Origin: Chiloscyllium plagiosum
Taxonomy: Eukaryota
Length of the DNA stretch: 62,000 nucleotides
NCBI RefSeq assembly: GCF_004010195.1
Contig: NC_057719.1
Location: 51,963,037 to 52,025,036 of the forward strand
Direction: 5' to 3'
The stretch's first letter is position 1; each line of letters begins with the position of its first letter. Both the position numbers and the translations under genes were made by a program. Below, one piece after another: positions 1-12,514 of the stretch. A model generated the notes under the pieces. That model made no database searches and was not told the DNA's origin. It saw only the letters and a program-made list of their open reading frames with translations.

Positions 1-303
1 GGCTACTAGGGATAGATGGTCGAGTCATTTCGTGGCTAGTTGAGCCCATGGGTGTCCTTGGTAGTGATACTATGGGTCTGAGTGGGATGTCTGGTTTGTG
101 CACTTTAGGTAGTCCATAGAATCTGGGGGTGTTGTTGCTTTCAGGTTTCATTCTTTGTAGGTCAGACATGGTATCTGTCCGTTTTTTTGTAGATTCCTCA
201 GTGTGTTATTTATCCTATTGGTGAGCTGTGGGGTGGGGTCAAACTCCCTCTTTTGGTAGGTGTTGGTATCTGCAAGTAGTCGTTGTGCTTTTTGGGTGTA
301 TTC
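1..303 (-). mobile_element. Penelope-like retroelement coding remnant (RT N-terminal part joined by deletion to GIY-YIG region)
   Basis: Minus strand reads AEYTQKAQRLLADTNTYQKREFDPTPQLTNRINNTLRNL, then after a frameshift NNTPRFYGLPKVHKPDIPLRPIVSLP (typical PLE RT N-terminus). Bases 1-45 read QLATK*LDHLSLVA, like the GIY-YIG segment HQLATKRHDQ in the ORF at 45140-45331. Confidence 0.85.
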
Positions 304-460
304 TGCCGGAAGCGGCAGGGACAGGCCACTATAAATGCCGGAGGAAACACCACAGAAGCGCTTCACAGGAGGCTCCCAAGCACTGAGGATGTCACCTAGA
401 CAGGGGACGAAATGTTTGCAACAAAAATTTCCAGCTCGGCGAACAGAACCACAACAACAA
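304..460 (+). mobile_element. Penelope terminal repeat (pLTR), inverted relative to the adjacent ORF, with hammerhead core
   Basis: Similar to the reverse complement of the Penelope 3' terminus at 44873-45000. Contains CTGAGGA(383-389)-TGTCACCT/AGGGGAC stem-GAAA(409-412). Confidence 0.75.
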
Positions 461-461
461 A

Positions 462-1184
462 AATAAATGCAAAATAGGTTGAGTGGCCTTGAGGTGTAAG
501 GTTTTAACTCAAAACCATCATTGAAATCCTTGGAAGTTGCTCCCCAGGTCAATAAGGTTACTAAAAAGGCATAAGGTGTGTTAACTTTTACTGGTAGAGG
601 GATTGAGTTTTGGAACCATGAGATCATGCTGCAGCTGTACAAAACTCTGATGCAGCCACTTTTGGAGTATTGTGTACAGTTCTGATCACCGCATTGTAGG
701 AAGGATGTGGAAGCTTTGGAAAGGGTTCAGAGGAGATTTACTAGAATGTTGCCTGGTATGGAGGGAAGGTCTTATGAGGAAAGGCTGAGGGACCTGAGGC
801 TGTTTTTGTTAGAAAGAAGGTTGAGAGGTGACTTAATTGAGACATATAAGATAATCAGAGGGTTAGATAGGATGAACAGTGAGACCCTTTTTCCTCAGAT
901 GGTGATGGCTAGCACGAGGGGACATAGCTTTAAATTGAGGGGTGATAGATGTAGGACACATGTCAGAGGTAGTTTCCTTACTCAGAGAGTTGTAAGGGTG
1001 TGAAACACAGTGCCTTTAGCAGTAATAGACTAGCCAACTTTAAGGGCATTTAAATGGCCATTGGATAGGCATATGAACAAGAATAGAATAGTGTAGGTTA
1101 GGTGGGCTTCAGATTGGTTCCACAGGTCGGCACGACATAGAGGACCAAAGGGCCTGTACTTTGCTGTAATGTTCTATGTTCTAT
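462..1184 (+). mobile_element. CR1 LINE 3' fragment (RT C-terminus + 3' UTR)
   Basis: ORF 707-1003 LERVQRRFTRMLPGMEGRSYEERL...RGDLIETYKII; ends in GTTCTAT-type tail repeats. Confidence 0.92.
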
Positions 1185-1879
1185 TGGTTGGGTTTTTGGA
1201 CTGTCAGCAGTAGCGAACATTGCATATTCAATTTCTTGGATTCCTGATGTTTCTGCCTAGTCAGTGCTTTACATCTAGGGGAACAGAAAGAAGACACTTC
1301 TATGCTCAGTGCTCAGTTCTGTAATCAAAAATTCATCTTCTCTGTGTTGCCAACAAAAAAGAAACCCTTGAAATAATTTGTTTTTATATCCCTTGTCTGA
1401 GGAAGCTATGTTTTCACTATCTATAATCAAGGTTTTATATGCAACATGTGTGTGAAAATTCTCAAAATGTCTCCTAAGCGAGGAGAGTTTCACTTTAGCA
1501 AAGATACCATTTTCTTTGGTAAAGTGTAAATTTCAGTTATATTGTTCAATACACATTGGTTTGATAACCATGGCCAACATGTAGGAGAGCGGACCTATTT
1601 TAAGCCAGTATTTTTGGTCCTTTTTTGAAACTAAGGCCAGACCAGGCAAAGATGGAAGATTTCCATCCTAATGGACATTAGTGAACCAGATACATTTTTA
1701 CAACAATTGACTGTGGCTACATAGTCGCCATTATTTTTAATGCAGAATTTTTATCAAATTCAAATTCATCTGCTATGGTGGAATTGGAAAACAAAACATG
1801 AACCAGGGTCTGAAGGTTACTAATCCATTGACAATAGCATGACACCACCACCACCACCCTTGTGCTCTGCAATTTATTA

Positions 1880-2400
1880 TGATCATGGATGATCTAATCT
1901 CAGCCTCACTTTCCTGCCTGTTCTCCGTAACACTTTAACCTGTTACTTATATAAAAGTCTACCTACCTCCTCCTTAAATTTAATCAGTGTTTTGGTGTCC
2001 ACCATGCATTAGGATGGTGAATTCCATAGAATTATGACTTTCTGAGAGAAGTAATCTCTTCTTACCTTTGTACATCTGCCAACCCTTAATCTAAAACTGT
2101 GACCTCTCGTTCTACACTGCCTCAAGGAGAATCACGTATATCTACTTTGTCAATGCCCCTTAGCATCTTATATATCTCAATCACATCTTCTCTCATTCTT
2201 CTAAACTCTAGTGTGTATAGGCCTAAATGGCTGAATCTCTCCTTATAAGATAAGCCTTTCATCTCTGGAATTAATACAGTGAACCTCTTCTGAACTCCTT
2301 CCAATGCAATTACACTCTTACTGGAGGAAGGGGACTAAAACATTACACTGTAGTCCAGATGTGGTCTCACCAATGCTCTGTACAGTTGCAACAATTCCCT
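1880..2400 (-). mobile_element. CR1 LINE 3' fragment, older subfamily
   Basis: ORF 2122-2304 EGVQKRFTVLIPEMKGLSYKERF...LEFRRMREDVIEIYKML. Confidence 0.85.
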
Positions 2401-3589
2401 ATTTTAAATACTCTATTTATTTACCAGAAAGTGTTGGAATTCTAATACCCCTTATTAGCTCATCTATTCAATTGGATGATAGAGTTAAAAAGACAATCGT
2501 CCATATTTTGACATAAAAAATTTGACAACTGTTTACAACCCAACATCCTGACAGCTTGCTGAGAGTTTACAGACTCACCATGGTCAACAGAGATGCTACT
2601 GCATTGTCTCCAATTGTGAATGCTATGCTTTCGGGTGGAGCAATTCCTGGTCTCTTTTTAATATTTAATTGTCATGTCACCTCGGCCTATTGTGAGGCAG
2701 ACTTCAGAACAGGTCACAGAACCTCCTTTGTACTGCCCCCTAATTTAAAGACTCAGGGCTGAGTTTTATTGTCAGAAGGCAGGGCATGGATTCAGTGTTG
2801 CAGTAACTACTCCACCTCCTGTTAGAAAGTTGCAAGATGACTTGAATAAGGCTGCTCCAGGAGGTCTTAAAAAGCAGGGATTGAGGCTGGCACCTTTCAA
2901 TGGAAAGAAGTCCTGCTCTCAATTCAATTTGATTGGTCCTAGCTGGGCCCAAATTCATCGTAGGTAGTGCTGGAATTGCCAACCTTTGCACAAGGAAGAT
3001 TATGACAATTGGACTGAAGTAAGTTCTGACAGGAGGAATTGTGAGTAAGTGAGTTTAACATGTAACAAGGATACAGTATACTTGATTGTTTCATGCTGAA
3101 AGGACAGGGGGAGACTGGTTGGATCTCAAAATTAGTCTCCATTTATTTATAACTTTCATCTTAAATAAACCAGTTTGTTATTTTACACTGGTCTCATCTG
3201 ACTAAAACACTTGCAATTCCCTGGTGTTCTATTTTCAAGTCTGTTCAAGTGCTTGTTGCCTATTTTGTTTAAGCACCTCATTAAAGCCCAGGAAAAAAGA
3301 ATGAATAAGCACAATACATCAATAAGTGTGTCAGGGCAGCTATTTTTAAACTCTGTAATGGGAGATAAAGGGAAACCTTATAGTGACAGGCACTATCATA
3401 AATGTCCTCAGTTGAGTCCAAGCAGATCTGACTTTGTCTGTTTCAAAGGCCATCAGCTGCCGTGTTAGACTCATGAATATATTGAATAGCTGTAAAGGCT
3501 TTAGAACAGTGTTATGAGGTTCGTACATCTGACATGATGTGAGTTTTTAAAAATGGTCCACTGTTTAAACAGAGGAAAACAAAACAGGC

Positions 3590-4170
3590 TGCTGACGCAG
3601 TTGTGCAGTGCGTTGTAAAGGCCTATCTGTATTGAATACAATTTTGGTACCCTCATTTAAGGAAGAATAGAAATGCATTAGTAGAAGTTCAGAGAAGTTT
3701 CATTCAATTAATTCCTGATGTGGGGATGAAGAAAGGTTGGACAGACGAGACATGCATCCATTGGGGTTTAGGAGAATGATGCTATCCTAAAGATAGTAAG
3801 GAGACTTGACAGTGGGTGTTGAAAGCATGCCTTCTCTTGTGGGAGGGTCTAGAACTAGGGCACTCAGGTTAAAGATAAGGGGTTGTCTACTTTAAGATGG
3901 AGATGAGAGATCTCAACACAGGACCTGTGAATTTTTAGAACTATCACCGATAGAGAACGATAAAGGTAGAGTCACTGAGAACTGAGTTCTGAAGAAGGGT
4001 CACTGAACCCAAAATGTTAACTTTGTTTTCTCCCTGTAGATGTTGCCAGACCTGAGTTTTTCCAACAATTTGATTTGTTATTAAAGGAGGAGTTCTCTTT
4101 GTAGGGCTATGATTAGAATGTTTTAAGGCAGAGATAGATAGAATCCAACAAGGGGGTCAATTGTTCTCTG
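3590..4170 (+). mobile_element. Degraded CR1 3' fragment interrupted by a templated copy at 3974-4120
   Basis: Nucleotide similarity to the other CR1 3' ends in the window (AAGTTCAGAGAAGTTTCA..., TTTTAAGGCAGAGATAGATAGA). Confidence 0.7.
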
Positions 4171-4298
4171 GGGAAGCCAGGATTCATTTATATTTTCCCA
4201 GAGACATTTTGGAGAATGCTTGTAGAATGACCAAAAACTACAATTCTCTCAGCAAGGAGTTCTATGTTTACAGTTTGATTAAGACTGTTAAAAGGAGG

Positions 4299-4550
4299 GG
4301 AAAAACTGAAAGAATTGCGGATGCTGGAAATCAGAAATGAAACAAAAATTATTGGAAAAACTCAGTAAGTCTGGCAACGTCTGTGTAGAGAAAGCAGAGT
4401 TAAAGTTTCATGTCCAGTGACCCTTCTTCAGAATTCAAAACTGAGAACTGAGTTCTGAAGAAGGGTCACTGAACCCAAAATGTTTACTTTATTTTCTCCC
4501 TGTAGATGTTGCCAGACCTGAGTTTTTCCAACAATTTTTTTTGATTTGTT
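4299..4550. mobile_element. Penelope-terminus-derived inverted-repeat element with degenerate hammerhead cores
   Basis: Left part (...GTGACCCTTCTTCAGAA) is the reverse complement of the right part (TTCTGAAGAAGGGTCACTG...). Flanked by AAAGGAGG at 4291-4298 and 4554-4561. Confidence 0.75.
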
Positions 4551-6984
4551 ATTAAAGGAGGAGTTCTCTTTGTAGGGCTATGAATAGAATGCCTTTTTCC
4601 CCTAAAAAGAGGTTAAGTATTTGAGGAGACTCAATAGGATTGCATGGATTTTCATGAAGGTTTTTTTAAAAATAAGTGTAGTGAAGGTTGTATTACATGT
4701 TGAAGTTTATTTGGTTTCTTCACAATTTGGTGCCAGAGGTTTGCCCATATGGGTACCAAGTGACTAGGCTTGGAGGACCTAAGGGTCAAGGGTGGGTTGG
4801 CAAGGACAAGAGGGCCTAAAATGTAAAATAATTGGGATGAAGTTCCATGGAACTGAAATGGGACTTTTATCCTGTCTGCCTCAGCACAGCTGCTCTTATG
4901 TGGCTTCTGGGAATAACAGGGCTATCCTTATCCTCCCACCCTTGAAGAATGAAAACTGGGCCTGATAGATACTTCCTACTGAAGCAGGTGTGCAAAACCG
5001 GTACTGTCATAACCCAGGATATCCACCTCAGTAGCAAACATTCAGCCAAGAATGTCGAACGATTTGTGTAAATATTTAAACAATAATTAAATATTATAAT
5101 GCAGTGCCTGTTCACATTTTGTCGACACATTTCAGAAATTTAAATAAGCCTTAATTTTTTTGCATAAAACTATTGTTGCTGAATCCTTTGTTAGAACAAT
5201 ATATCAGGCACATCCTCAAGAGTGCTTGTGAATTATGAATTTGCATAAACTCCATGTAGCCCTCTTAATTATGGAGTGCTAAAATTTAAAATGACCAACA
5301 ATAGTGTTATGTTCCAAACAAGATTAGAAAGTTAGTCTATTACAACTATTGCTGAGAATTACTTAGGGAATAATTTGTAAAATCTCCCTAAATTACACAA
5401 AGATTTAAAGTGAAAAAGGATAAAAGTTACATATAAGGATGAAAATTCGATCAGTCTGTAATATTTGCAGCCTGACTTGCCAGAAAATTCTCTTTCTGAA
5501 GTAGAAGTTGAAAGCTTGAAGTCGGATTCAGCAGATGTGGTGGCCTCTGTAATCAAATAGATGAAGGCTGCTCAAAGCAGGCTTTAGAAGTGTATGAAAA
5601 CTCCTTTATGTCACTTTTTCAGTGTTGTAGATTGTGGCTGCTGGCAGGCTATTTCAATACAGCAGTTCTGGGAGTCCCTGTTGAGAAGCAGTAAGTTTCA
5701 CAGTGGTGCTGTACATACAATCATCCTCAAAATAGCTATTTCCAGTCAGCTTTGTCACAAAATGGCTGCAAATGTTAATTTTGGCGAATTATTGTCCCAC
5801 CAAGCAATGGCAATTCGGCTGGAATTCCTCTCATCTCCAGTTTACTGTAGTTTCCAAACTTCTTAAGAGTACCACAGATAGTTCTGGAATCCTCAATTGA
5901 TTTAATTACCTTTTGTGATTGTCTTTTAAGATAACATAAGCTGATCATCTGTCTGTTTTTGAGGATGGCTGATGCCATAAGAGAATTCATGTGTCTTTCA
6001 ACTACCATTTTGTAAACTCATTGTGTCTAGTTTAAAGTTAGCTTAGCTTTTTAATTGCAAAGCTTTTCTGACTCTATCTTAACAAATATCTTTTATAGGT
6101 TTTGCAAAACTTGGAAATGCTCTGTCCATTTTAGAGCCTTGATAAAGGCTCCAACTCTCTTTGATCAAGTGTGATCACTTACCTTTATGTGGCTGTGCCC
6201 CTTTTGAGTTTTGAATTCAGCTCTTTCAGTTTAATTGGCAGCAAACTCCACTTTCAGTGATTCTCTCATTGTTACATTTTTAGGGCAAAATTGTGCAGAT
6301 AGGAAATTTAAGTAAGCTGCTTCTGTCAAATCTGTTGCAGTCAATTTCCAACTCTGCTAGCATATAGTGTTTTTCAGTATGCAATGATCTCATGAACATG
6401 CTCTCAAGAATTTGCAAATTTGTCTTTATATTTTACAATATACACATAGTAAGAGAATAGGGTATCAGGATGAAATATTTGAAATTGAATGTGAAATAGG
6501 TACATGAAATGGATCAATACCAAATTCCAACGGATACTGTCAGATCTTTCTTGACTTTTTAACTGCTGACTTAGTATTGGTAAATCTTTTTTCAATTTCT
6601 GGTTGATAGCTGCTGAGAGCAAAAGGCTGTACTCATAAATTAATTTAAAAAAACACAAGGCATAATTAACCTGAGCAGAAATAATCGTTATAAATCAAAG
6701 ATTAAAAATAAAGGAAAACTAAATATCTAGATTCATTCATTGCAAAATAAAAGTATTATTATAAGTTACTTGTATTACAAAGTTCTGACTTCTATCAGAT
6801 CAAAAATCTTGAAAATGACAATGTTTTAAGAATTACCTATTTGCACAGTCATCTCTTAGATTTTCCAGAATTCTTCTTGTACTGCATGTTTCCCTACAGC
6901 CTTGTTATCTTATAATATTAAATTATACACTTGCAAATCACCAAACAAAATCTTCCATATACCTATTTCTTTCTCTTTATTTAT

Positions 6985-7885
6985 CATCTAGATTCCTCCC
7001 CTTGGCAACAACATCCAAAAACATTGATATTCATGTGCAGACAGCTGACACCCAGTTCTACCTCTTCACCACCTCTTTTACCCTTTCCACTATCTCAAAA
7101 TTGTCAGTCTGCTTGCTTGACATATACAATACTGAATATACATAGAGTTTCTCCAACGAAATGGAAGTCTGAGGCATTCATTTCCAGTTCCCCAGAAACT
7201 CTGCTCCCTAGCTACTGACTCCATGCCTCTTCTGAGGTTACACCTTCATGCCATGTTCGACCCTAGATCGGCTGTTGACCACATATCCTTCCCTTCACTA
7301 ACACTATGTATTTCCACCTCATGTATATGTCCTGACTCTGCCACTGCTCCATGCCATCTGCTGCTATATCAGTCATCCATGCCTTTGTTATCAATATACT
7401 CACTTATTCTAATGTTCTCCTGGTCTGCATTTTACCCTCCACAAGTGTGATCATCTAAACGAGAGTTTGCTGCTGTATTCAAACTTGCAACACTTGTGCA
7501 CTTTTCATCTCTGTCCTCATTGAGTTACACTTGCCCTTGCCTGAGCAACGCCTTGACTTTAAAATTCAGTCTTGATTTCAGATCCCTCCCTGTTTCTGTA
7601 AAACCTCTCTCAGACTTCTGAGAAAGCTGTTCTCATCTAATTCTGGCCTTTTGAACATTTCCAATTTTAATCACTCCAGGATTAGCTGCTGTATCTTCCT
7701 AAATCTCTCATTTCTATATTCCTCACCATCTTTCAGACATCATTTAAAATATATCTCCTTGCCCAAAAGCTTGGCTCAGCTGCATTTCTTGTATGACTCA
7801 GTTTAAATTTTGTTGGTTAGTGTCTTGTGAAAGGCATTGAAAAATTCACAAAGTTAAAGATGCTATATAAATGCAAGTTATTGTT
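6985..7885 (+). mobile_element. Highly degraded L2-like LINE 3' region
   Basis: Pyrimidine-rich decayed RT-end-like sequence terminating in TTAAAGATGCTATATAAATGCAAGTTATTGT, a tail type seen in L2-related repeats. Confidence 0.5.
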
Positions 7886-7889
7886 TATT

Positions 7890-8430
7890 GGAAGGAAGCC
7901 ATGAGAAGAAGTTAATGACATTGTGCCGAGATTCATGCATCATCATTCCTTTACTGTCACTGAGTCAAAACTCTGGAACTCCTTCACTAACAGCAGTGGG
8001 TCTACTACACCACATTGACTGCAGCAGTTCTCAACAGCAAATAGGGAGGCAAAGATTTTATTGCTGGATTGTTAATCCTGAGACCCAGGTAATGAGGTCA
8101 CAGGCGCAAATACTGCCATGGCAGATGATGGCATTTAGATTCAATAAATAACTGGAATTAGGAGTCTACTGATGACTATAAATCCATTGTTAGTTATTGG
8201 GAAAAACCCATCTGGTTCACTAATATCCTTTAGGGAAGGAAACTGCTATCTTTACTTGGTCTGGTCTGATAGGACTCTAGACCGACAGCATTGTGCTCAA
8301 CTCTTAATAGCCTTCTAGGCAATTAGGGATGGGCAATAAATGCTGGCTGAGCCAGCAACAACCTTATACCATGAAACGAATAAAAGTTAAGCATGGATGC
8401 TGGACCATTCATCCCATGAATGAGTAGAAA
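7890..8430 (+). mobile_element. 3' end of second LINE family with nested SINE-like element (~8045-8345)
   Basis: Shares GGGCAATAAATGCTGG...CATCCCATGAATGA tail with 24815-24945. The AACCCATCTGGTTCACTAAT...GGAAGGAAA core recurs in reverse at ~1625-1860 and ~43570-43850. Confidence 0.6.
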
Positions 8431-10379
8431 AAAAAATTCTATGATTTAGGGCCTCATGTTCAGATATTTGACTCTGTGGAATAATTTAACCATTTACTGG
8501 TCTCTGAAGTGTAACAGCATTTTTAAGTCTCCTGCATCTTTTTGTTGAGTAAAGGCAATGCATGAGCTTGTTGCTATAGAGATGGTGATAAGCTACAGCA
8601 TAATGTTCTTCAGTGACTTTGATCTGTATTACGTTAGGAATAGCATGAAATTACTATTATAAAAAATTCCATTGTTCTAGTCTTCAGTGCAGATCTTGAC
8701 ACCTGCTACATGTTTTTTGCCTGGAACTTTGCATTGACGTTCAAGGTTAACTACTCTGTATCAAATTATGAAATATTTCTTATTAGGTACTTTGTTTCCA
8801 ATTTAATATAATTCCATTAATGTTGTTTGTTGATTCTAACCATTTATTTTTACCTCCTGTGAAGAACTGCATTAGAGTACTTATACAATGTGCATTTTCA
8901 TTTGACATTTAGATGTCTAGATTGCTGTTATATAAGGGTGTTGGGGGATATCAAACCCAAGGCAGGAATATAGAGTTAACATACTTAAAAGCCATGGTCC
9001 AACTGAATGGCAGAACAAGTTTGAAAGGGTGAGAGGGTAAATGATTATCTCCTGTTGCCAGGTTCCTATTATACAAATCCACATGCAATGGACAGCAGGA
9101 CATTACAATCAGCTCAATTGTTATCTTGCTCATGATGGTTAGTTCCAGCATCCTTTTTTCAAAGAAATGACAAAAACCATCATATGCAAAGCTTTGCTCT
9201 CTTATCTGAACTCACAAGTCCTCTTCAGTTACCACCATGTATTTGCTGATTTATGTTGACTCCCAATATAAAAAAAGTACTTCTTTTTAAAGACCCATCC
9301 ATGACCTCAGCACTACCCACTTCAGTAATCTCCTCATCCTTCCAGGTAATGTTTCCTTTAATTTGGGTCCTTTTGCATTTCTTATTTTAACCAATATACC
9401 ATTGGTTGATGTGGTTTCTTGGGCTGAAATACTATGTGTTATGTGTTGGCTCCCTTATGTGTTGGTTCATAGAACAAGTGCCATAAAGATCTTGTTGACC
9501 TTCAAGACTGATTTCTTGATGTCTAACTATTTGCATTGATATAATAACACAGGTTCTGTATAAATTTGTAATCTTTGCTTACTGATGTTACTGGATGTTG
9601 GATATACATAGCTGACAGGCTGACGATACTACATTGACTCCACTGGACTAAGAAAGTGATTGAAAGTGAGGCTCAAACCTTTTATACTGAAATGCCACAT
9701 GTCATGACTCAAAAGTGCACTGACAGTCTGGTCTGGAATGTATACAATTCCACAACATTTTCTATTTTCCCTTTAAAGAATGGGAACTCTTTCCTAATAA
9801 TATATATAAGGACACACATATGTACATTATATCGATACATATAGATAAAACTTTGGTGGGAAAACAACTTGACCCAATTTGTCATAACCTGGCTGTATCG
9901 CTTTACTCTGCGGTGTGCTATCATTGCAGATGGATGTGTATCATTTGTCACTTATTTCTTCACAGTGAACATTGCTTGCTACAATGTCATATGACCAAGG
10001 CTGGACACAATGATGTAGTACATTTCCACTAAGCCATATGTTTTTATGAAAATCTGGAACAGTAATATTTCATCTTGGTTCATCTTGAGGTATCTGTCTG
10101 CATGCTTGTTGATCATGTTTCTGTACCATTTTCTCCATTGTATCATACAATGTTGTGCAAATGTGGTTGGGTGACGAGAGTGTGGGAGGGGAAAAAACTG
10201 AGGATCTGTCTTCCAAAACACAAGGACAGCCAATGTGGGTGAACAATTGCCTTGAAGAGTAGCATGACGATTCAACATAGTAATCTGAATGTCTTGGCCA
10301 GTCACTTTACATTTGACCTACATGGATTTTATCTTATGAACAATGCACTTTGCACACAAGACTGTTTGACTAAAGGTAA

Positions 10380-10950
10380 TGTTATGGACCAGACTGACCC
10401 CTTTTAAAATATATTAAGAAGATGGCCAAGACCCCAACTTTTTCTTATTTTTAAGGCAAGCATAAAGCTTTGTGTTCTGGATGCAACTTGATGGTCAAAC
10501 TACCAAAGTAGCAAAACACACTTTATTCTTACATTACAGTTAAAATACAGACAAGAATAAAAAAAAGCTTAACTGCAACTCTATTGAAATACTTAACAAG
10601 AATATATATATGTTAATTATCCACTGATTAGCTGTCCAAGATAGTAACATCGTATAAATACACCCTTGGCAGAAGCAAATTCAGTACCACAGCTTTTAGC
10701 TATAACAGAGAGAGAAACAAAAGCTTCCATATCCAGCTTTGAGAGCCTAGCAACAGCTGAAAGATAAACTGAAATCCTGGTTCTATGGAAGTTTGACCTC
10801 ACCCCTTCATGCTGCTTCTATTGTTCCAACCTTTTTAAATAAACAAGGCCTCGCAAGTTGTTTACTTTATTGGCTTCGAACAGCTCAACACCTCTGTCTC
10901 AACCTCTCTTTGTATAAAAAAAAGGATAAACTATACCTCTTAAAGCCATG
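10380..10950. mobile_element. Probable solo LTR / LTR-like repeat
   Basis: Starts TGTTATGGACC, has an internal TTTATT (AATAAA on minus), and resembles in layout the segments at ~16126-16455, ~31300-31900 and ~36302-37218. No TSD confirmed. Confidence 0.4.
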
Positions 10951-11009
10951 GAGGGTTGAGACATTCTGACTTACTGAAAGGTCTATTTGCTGATTTTATT
11001 TATTGTTGA

Positions 11010-12514
11010 TGAAATAATCCCAAGGAGGCAGGTATCCCATCACCAAGTCACATTTTATTTGCATGTACATTGTATGTGGACTTTGACCTGCTTGCTCAGA
11101 GGTAGTCCCTAGAATGAAGAGAATCTTACATTCCTGTGCCCATCTGTCAGCCAGGGCTCTCTGATTGAGGTTGCTAACCTGGGCCAATCAAGAATCGCAT
11201 ACTCAGTGAGATCCACCTGATTCCAAGCTGTGGTACCCATGCAGGGCCATTTCTGTGGTTTTGACACCAAACTTCATTCCCTGAAATAAACTGCCTCTCT
11301 TGCTTAGAGGAGGCATGTGGCCAGCATTGGCATCCCTGATGCCATTTCACCCTCTCCCCCCAGGTCTGGGGATTTCAGGTTTAACCTGGTGGGGAATCTT
11401 TGCCCCATCAGCAACTTTGCTGAAGCTATCCTTGTAGTTGCATGTGTGTTGGTTCTATAATCAAACAGAAACCAGGAACATTTCATATTGAGTGAAGCTG
11501 TCGGCTGTTTCTTTAAACCTGCCTTCAATATCTGGACTATTCATTCCATCACACCATTGGACAATGGATGTTATGGAGCTGTCCAAAGAACTGAATGCCA
11601 TTTGTCTTAATCTAGTTAAAAATCCTGGCACAGATTCCTCTGGTTCTCAAGCTGCCGAGTAACACCGAGAACATCTCAGAATTAGAAAGGGCAGGGGTCG
11701 TAATATTCCTTAACTAAATCTGTCAACTCTTGAAAGGTTTTTTATCTGGTGCCTCATGGAAAGTTAAAAACCAAAAATGCAAGCTGTCAGTAGGATTACT
11801 TGTTGCTTTTCATCAGCTCCAATGTCATTTTGTGGGCGGCACAGTGGCACGGTGGTTAGCACTGCTGCCTCACAGCGCCAGAGACCCGGGTTCAATTCCC
11901 GCCTCAGGCGACTGACTGTGTAGAGTTTGCACGTTCTCCTCGTGTCTGCATGGGTTTCCTCCGGGTGCTCCGGTTTCCTCCCACAGTCCAAAGATGTGCA
12001 GGGTCAGGTGAATTGGCCATACTAAATTGCCCGTAGTGTTAGGTAAGGGGTAAATGTAGGGGTATGAGTGGGTTTTGCTTCGGCGGGTCGGTGTGGACTT
12101 GTTGGGCCGAAGGGCCTGTTTCCACACTGTAATGTAATGTAAAATGTAAAAAAAATTGCCTGGAAATTCTTTCCTCATACTGGGCCCGGTCTTCGACGGC
12201 AGGATTGAACGAGCCAAGCTTCCCAAATAAAGGCATAATGCCAAAAATGCTTACCTCAACTCAAAGATGACTGTTGCAAGAGAATTTTCTTCAGGAGCAT
12301 GCTGTTTTCCCTTGTTACCACTGAAATAACTCCAAGAAGACAAGTATCCCATCATCAAGCCTCCTTTTATTTACATGGGTGCACCATATGTGGACTCTGA
12401 CTGGCTTGCTCAGTGCAGGTAGAATGGGGAGACACTCTGAATCCCAGGTTAACAGCCCCAATCAAGGATCTCATAGTCAATAAGATCCACCTGGCCCATG
12501 TTCCAATCACAACA
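11010..12514 (-). mobile_element. Internally deleted Ty3/Gypsy (Mag-like) LTR retrotransposon
   Basis: Related LTRs at 12322-12514 and 11010-~11225; 5-bp TSD GTTGA (11005-11009 / 12515-12519); PBS-like TGGTAACAAG next to the 5' LTR; gag start MPLFGKLGSFNPAVEDRAQYEERI; integrase end TAP*HPLSNGVME*IVQILKAGLKK...FLFDYRTNTHATTRIASAKLLMGQRFPTRLNL. Confidence 0.85.
11834..12149 (+). mobile_element. HE1-type V-SINE (tRNA-derived), full length, inserted in Gypsy gag
   Basis: A/B-box head GGTGGTTAGCAC...GGGTTCAATTCCC, V-core GGGTTTCCTCCGGGTGCTCCGGTTTCCTCCCACAGTCCAAAGA, CR1-like tail, TGTAA repeats. Confidence 0.92.

Noticed and set aside
11834..11905. tRNA gene
   Set aside because: It is the tRNA-derived head of a V-SINE, continuous with the SINE core and tail.
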